Virus record (IMG/VR): IMGVR_UViG_3300030329_004107
Span: 4,328-68,327 of that record
Length of the DNA: 64,000 nt
DNA from: a virus
Strand: one strand, 5' to 3'
The notes below the pieces were generated by a model. That model was not told the origin of the DNA. It saw nothing but the letters and a program-made list of their open reading frames with translations, and did not search any database. The position numbers were made by a program, and so were the translations under genes. Positions 59,607 through 64,000 of the stretch are shown one piece after another (the first letter of the stretch is position 1; the number at the start of each line of letters is the position of its first letter).

Positions 59607-60602
59607 TTAAACGCCTCCGGTGTCACTGGTTGAATCGGGCAAGTAATACTCTTCGCCTAGTTTATCTTCTCGATATAGATTCCAAATTAAAGTCGCAATC
59701 GCCGCATCTTCAATCGCCACTCCCGTAGAATCAAACACTGACACTCCTTTATTTAGCTGCATTGTCTCATAATTTTTGAGTAGATATTGAAGAGAATTGA
59801 CTTCTAAATGCGGCCACTCGTTATACTGAAGCTCTCCAGAATGAAGTGCTTGCTCTAGGTCGTCGCAAACAATATTAGCAGAGCCATCAATAACATTTGT
59901 CATTAGCTCTCGTTTGCCAACTGCGTCAGCACCAACAGCATTGATGTGGCAATTACTTTTAAGCCAATGAATATCTAAATAAGGTTCGGTGCTTGGAGTA
60001 AGAGTAGTTACTACATCTGCGTGTTTAACCGCATCTTCAGCATTGTCATTATAGCCCCAAGCACTTGCAATATTCTCTCTCCCGATCCACTCATGAAGTT
60101 TTTTCATGGCGTCCCTGTTTCGATCATGGGTTTCCACGGTCATGTTCATGTGTCCGAAAATAGACTCATAAGCTTCAATATGATATTGAGCTTGCAAGCC
60201 GCACCCGATAAATGCAAACTCTCTAGCCTCTGGAGCGCAGTATTTAGCGGCAATCGCAGAGGTAGCGGCGGTTCTGTACGCAGTAAGGGTTGTGCAGTCC
60301 ATCGCCATCAATGGCTTACCCGTTTCTCTATCGTTAAGAAGGAGCGTTCCTAATGTTGTGGGTAAATGACTTATTAAATGATTGGTTGGATAAACTCCAA
60401 TCCATTTCAAGCAAACGTGATCGCCTAGCGCGGCTGGCATAGCTCTGAAATCCCCATGAGTGTGCGCGTTAAGGTAAATTTTAGGAACCATTTCTGCCGA
60501 CTTATCCAGAAAAGCCGACTCCACCGATTCTATGACTTGGTGCATTTTGTCTTGCAGCAAATCAGATACTTCGGAATCACTTAAATAGTTCATAGAGGAC
60601 AT
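59607..60602 (-). CDS. Ornithine cyclodeaminase/mu-crystallin family protein
   Basis: GDFRAMPA, TAYRTAA, IGCGLQA, HINAVGAD, FDSTG.AIED. Confidence 0.88.
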   Translation of the reverse strand: MSSMNYLSDSEVSDLLQDKMHQVIESVESAFLDKSAEMVPKIYLNAHTHGDFRAMPAALGDHVCLKWIGVYPTNHLISHLPTTLGTLLLNDRETGKPLMAMDCTTLTAYRTAATSAIAAKYCAPEAREFAFIGCGLQAQYHIEAYESIFGHMNMTVETHDRNRDAMKKLHEWIGRENIASAWGYNDNAEDAVKHADVVTTLTPSTEPYLDIHWLKSNCHINAVGADAVGKRELMTNVIDGSANIVCDDLEQALHSGELQYNEWPHLEVNSLQYLLKNYETMQLNKGVSVFDSTGVAIEDAAIATLIWNLYREDKLGEEYYLPDSTSDTGGV

Positions 60603-61413
60603 TTCTTACAACAAATTTTAAATTTTTCCACTCTTTTAATCTTCTTAAAATATACGGAAACCACTGTTCCCCAAACGGTACATATATTCTAACAGGAGCT
60701 TTAGAGGTTTGCAAGAACTTTCTTTGTAAATCTCTTCGTATACCGTATAAAAACTCATTCTCAAAATGCGTAGGAATAAGCTCTTCAATATCTTCTAAAA
60801 GCTCTTCGTCGTGAGTCGCTACGGCGGGGCGGTTTGCCTTTTCGGAATAGAGGGTGCAAGCGTGTGAGAAGAAAGACAAATTTACATCATCATCTTTCTG
60901 ATAAGCTATTTCTTTATTTTCTTTATACGCCCCCTTAACTAACCTAACTGATATATTATTTCTAATTAAAATTTCTAAATCTTTCTCTGTGCGAAATAAG
61001 TTTGATTGTATTGCTATTCCCACATTCTTAAATTCATCATTTAATAAAAGAGCTAACTTGATTGTATCTTGTGTTACCCGCGCATCTTCCATATCCAACC
61101 GAATCGTGTGGTTGTGACGTTTTGCCGTGGCGGCAATATCGCGTAAGAGAGTCTTACAAAAATGAAAATCCAATAACAGACCCAACTGAGATGGCTTTAT
61201 AGAGATGTCTATTTTTTTGTCTTTGTAAAATTCTAAAATTTTGTGATATTGTTTAGCGGCGGCGCGGCAATCTTCTTTAGTCTTGCTTAATTCGCCAAGA
61301 TAATCTATGGAGACTTCGTATCCTTGATCCAAAAGTTTGTCTATTACCGGCTTCGCAGAATCAAAATTGTAACCAGCTATAAACCTTTTAACTAATGGAT
61401 GTAGAATTTTCAC
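60577..61413 (-). CDS. Monofunctional proline dehydrogenase
   Basis: RFIAG, DYLGE, SIKPSQLG, RLDMED, RLVKGAY, ATHD, LYGIR, YVPFG..W.PY..RRL.E. Confidence 0.9.
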   Translation of the reverse strand: MKILHPLVKRFIAGYNFDSAKPVIDKLLDQGYEVSIDYLGELSKTKEDCRAAAKQYHKILEFYKDKKIDISIKPSQLGLLLDFHFCKTLLRDIAATAKRHNHTIRLDMEDARVTQDTIKLALLLNDEFKNVGIAIQSNLFRTEKDLEILIRNNISVRLVKGAYKENKEIAYQKDDDVNLSFFSHACTLYSEKANRPAVATHDEELLEDIEELIPTHFENEFLYGIRRDLQRKFLQTSKAPVRIYVPFGEQWFPYILRRLKEWKNLKFVVRNVLYELFK

Positions 61414-61584
61414 TTATATCTTTTATACCCCCACCAAGCATTTCTCAAGACATATTCCAAGTCACTCGCTTTTTTCCATTCTCCTTCAGATTTTAAAAGC
61501 CGAATCTGTGTTTCCGTTTGCCTGACCTTTAAAGAAAAATTTTTTCTTTTCGAGTAAGGCACAATATAAGAAGCAAGCTCAAAT

Positions 61585-62001
61585 TCACTCATTCCAGTGG
61601 TTCCTAATTTGTTCGATGCTCGTTTCTCCCAAATGCCAGATTTGGCAGCTAAAGTTTTCAATGTGTGACCAGCGCATGACATTTTGAATCATAAATAACT
61701 CATTATTAAGGAACTCGTTATCATCAAGACAAGTGAATATACATTGTATTATAGGACTCCCATCTTCAGTTAATTTAGACATTATTTGGGGTTTTACATT
61801 TACTAATCCACCCACAACACGCTGACAATATTCTTTACTAGACTGTGGATTTTTAGTCATTTTAATTGACTCTAAATCCGTACCCACTGGAGCAACTCCG
61901 TTTAATATTAGATGATAAACATATTTTTCATGCAGATCATCTAATTTATCATAAAAGATTTTTTCCGCATCTTTGTCGAAAATGTACTGGTCGAGAGACA
62001 T
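61585..62001 (-). CDS. Hypothetical protein
   Basis: ORF. Confidence 0.5.
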   Translation of the reverse strand: MSLDQYIFDKDAEKIFYDKLDDLHEKYVYHLILNGVAPVGTDLESIKMTKNPQSSKEYCQRVVGGLVNVKPQIMSKLTEDGSPIIQCIFTCLDDNEFLNNELFMIQNVMRWSHIENFSCQIWHLGETSIEQIRNHWNE

Positions 62002-62120
62002 TTGCCCTATTCATCATTTTGAGTTTCATATTTTCTGACTCTAGCTTATTTATTTTAGACTCCAAGTGACGAATTTTCCATCTTAAAAGCCTATCACGAC
62101 ATGGATTATTTTGCGCCATT

Positions 62121-62687
62121 TTATCTCTTGGGCTTATGCAAAAAATCTGAAGGTCTTAACTCGTGAAAATGCCAATCTTGGTTTTGCGATTCGCTACCGC
62201 CTCCCTTCTTCGTGGACTCCTTGTTATTACCCTTCTTGCCCTTGCCATCTTCAGGGCTTTTTTCTAACTTACCCACAACGGGTTGACCTTTTTTAATTTT
62301 CCCCTTGATCGCCTCAACCTGTTCGTGGAGTTCGCGGCTGTACGGAAAGCCAAATAAGCGGGGTTCTGGGCCAGAGCTTCGGTATCCAAAAAAAGATTTC
62401 TCTTTAGATTTAGCAGACTCTAATAAAAAATAAATCGCACCCTGAAAATCCGTTAATTTATCTGGCTCTTTTACAACCGCCCAATGAACGATTACGACTT
62501 CGGGGGCGTCCTCTTTTTCAGCGGGCCAGCCTAAAAAGGTGTGAATCGTAGTCCAAAAGATGATAGTAAAAACACAAAACGCTGAGATGCAAGCGGTTTT
62601 GACGTACCATTTGAGTTTAGACTCATTTAATATCCAAAAGGTTAATCCTCCGAATACTAGCAACAAAATTGGTAAGGCTACATTCAT
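62121..62687 (-). CDS. Membrane protein, hypothetical
   Basis: Two TM helices, LGWP...EP...PYSRELH. Confidence 0.55.
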   Translation of the reverse strand: MNVALPILLLVFGGLTFWILNESKLKWYVKTACISAFCVFTIIFWTTIHTFLGWPAEKEDAPEVVIVHWAVVKEPDKLTDFQGAIYFLLESAKSKEKSFFGYRSSGPEPRLFGFPYSRELHEQVEAIKGKIKKGQPVVGKLEKSPEDGKGKKGNNKESTKKGGGSESQNQDWHFHELRPSDFLHKPKR

Positions 62688-62847
62688 TCTTCTACTTCAA
62701 CCTCCCAATTATCAAGAATTAATTTAGCTAACCAAAGTTGAAATGGAATAGCTGCGAATCCTAACGTACAAACTATAGCTATACACCAAAGAACTAACGC
62801 CCCCATGTGGTCATTAATTTTGATATTTAGTTTAGATTTATATTTTT

Positions 62848-63054
62848 TCATTTCGTCCTCCTCCACTTATATTTGTCAGGATTCTTTTTAAATTTTTTAA
62901 TACAGGGCGCACAACATACCCAATATTTCTTTCCTTCGTGCTGAAAAGATACAGGGTCGCCCATCGAGCCGAGTTTATTTCCGGTTACAACGCAAACGCC
63001 CTCTTCGCATCCAAGGGTAAAAATTGCCGCCAAAATTAAGACATATTTCTTCAT
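62848..63054 (-). CDS. YHS-domain lipoprotein
   Basis: CVVTG...GKKYWVCCAPC.KKF.KNPDKY. Confidence 0.75.
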   Translation of the reverse strand: MKKYVLILAAIFTLGCEEGVCVVTGNKLGSMGDPVSFQHEGKKYWVCCAPCIKKFKKNPDKYKWRRTK

Positions 63055-63204
63055 GAGTATTTTTTATATAATTTGATCATTAGATATACCGCAATCGCTG
63101 CTGGAACTAGCCAAATCAGCCCATTTACTGTATGTTCGGGGTGGTTACAAAGACCATTTACACATTTAATTGTATTATTCATATTTCGTTCTCACTCGAC
63201 TTTA

Positions 63205-63435
63205 TCATCCATCGTTGCCTATTGCTTCAACAGGACAAGCGTCCATAGCTTCCGCGCATAACGTCTCCTCCTCTTCATTTTCAGGTTGTTTGAAAACGTA
63301 GGAATAACCTCCGTCTTCGTTTCGTGTAAAATTGGCGGGTGCGGTTTCGCGACATAGATCGCAGTCAATACACTCTGTATCGCAATAGTATTTACCCGCT
63401 GCGTTATCTTCGTATTTATCTTCTTTCGTTGCCAT
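63205..63435 (-). CDS. Ferredoxin
   Basis: CIDCDLC...CPVEAIG. Confidence 0.9.
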   Translation of the reverse strand: MATKEDKYEDNAAGKYYCDTECIDCDLCRETAPANFTRNEDGGYSYVFKQPENEEEETLCAEAMDACPVEAIGNDG

Positions 63436-63471
63436 AATTTATTATAACGATTAAAGTCCTAATTAGCAAAC

Positions 63472-63726
63472 TTATATTTCTTCATTATTTATCCACTCCG
63501 CTAATTCTTTTGCTTCTTCTTTACTCAAAATTAGTTGATCGTCATAATAGTTGCCTTTCGTTAACGCCATCCAACACAACTTCAATCTCATCCACCAAGT
63601 TAACTTAACGGGATTTAAGCCCTCTCGCCAAAAACTAACATACAGTTCTTCCTCGTCATCAAACTTGGTAAGTAGCATACCTTCGCCGTGACAACTGCAT
63701 TTAATGAATTTCTCTCGACTTTTCAT
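63472..63726 (-). CDS. Hypothetical protein
   Basis: ORF. Confidence 0.5.
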   Translation of the reverse strand: MKSREKFIKCSCHGEGMLLTKFDDEEELYVSFWREGLNPVKLTWWMRLKLCWMALTKGNYYDDQLILSKEEAKELAEWINNEEI

Positions 63727-63974
63727 TCTAAATTAAATTTATCCATCAACCTAGACACGCCAATTATTTCAATACCCACCTGAGTGTTCACTTCGTCTGT
63801 GTCTATTGATACCATATTCCCCTGCTTGTCTCTGTACACCATTACTGCACCGACTCGACCTTGCGGCGGAGCCACGTAGATATACATGGAATCCGCTTCT
63901 TCGTCATAACTAATTCTGTTATCGAAATCGTATTCGTTATACTTTCCGTAGCCTTCTGGAAATTTGGCTTTCAT
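63723..63974 (-). CDS. DUF2283-like protein
   Basis: YDEEADSMYI...ID.......VGIEI. Confidence 0.6.
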   Translation of the reverse strand: MKAKFPEGYGKYNEYDFDNRISYDEEADSMYIYVAPPQGRVGAVMVYRDKQGNMVSIDTDEVNTQVGIEIIGVSRLMDKFNLE

Positions 63975-64000
63975 TAATGCGGCGAGATTTTATTTTTTTG

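Noticed and set aside
1-64000. Cellular chromosome or integrated prophage
   Set aside because: No housekeeping operons, integrase or att site seen; host-like genes are interspersed among phage genes.

Overview
This window is part of a large tailed dsDNA (probably jumbo) bacteriophage genome, with almost all genes on the minus strand. Bases 1-24.5 kb hold the virion and packaging module: a giant collagen/LamG fibre gene running off the left edge (missed by the ORF track), major capsid, decoration, protease-scaffold, holin/spanin-like genes, a tubulin/FtsZ-family GTPase, portal, large terminase, an ERCC4-type nuclease, a sigma-like factor, ClpP, PhoH and a 2OG-Fe(II) oxygenase. Bases 24.5-38.6 kb look like an early/host-takeover region of tiny ORFs and a tRNA-Arg, each with its own near-identical promoter. 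Bases 38.6-64 kb carry rIIB/rIIA, a sigma70, HNH, UvsE, bS21, ThyX, an ornithine cyclodeaminase + proline dehydrogenase pair and a ferredoxin. The most striking unexplained structure is regulatory: (i) 12 co-oriented sigma54-type (GG-N10-GC) promoters driving near-leaderless micro-genes, (ii) a 47-bp element with TTGACA...TGTCAA inverted ends and an internal antisense sigma54 box, repeated every 1-3 kb, (iii) further distinct promoter classes, and (iv) a ~425-nt structured ORF-free segment near 51.4-51.8 kb that looks like a large ncRNA. All calls come from reading the sequence by eye; no searches were run. A PVC-superphylum host (Verrucomicrobia/Planctomycetes) is only a weak inference.
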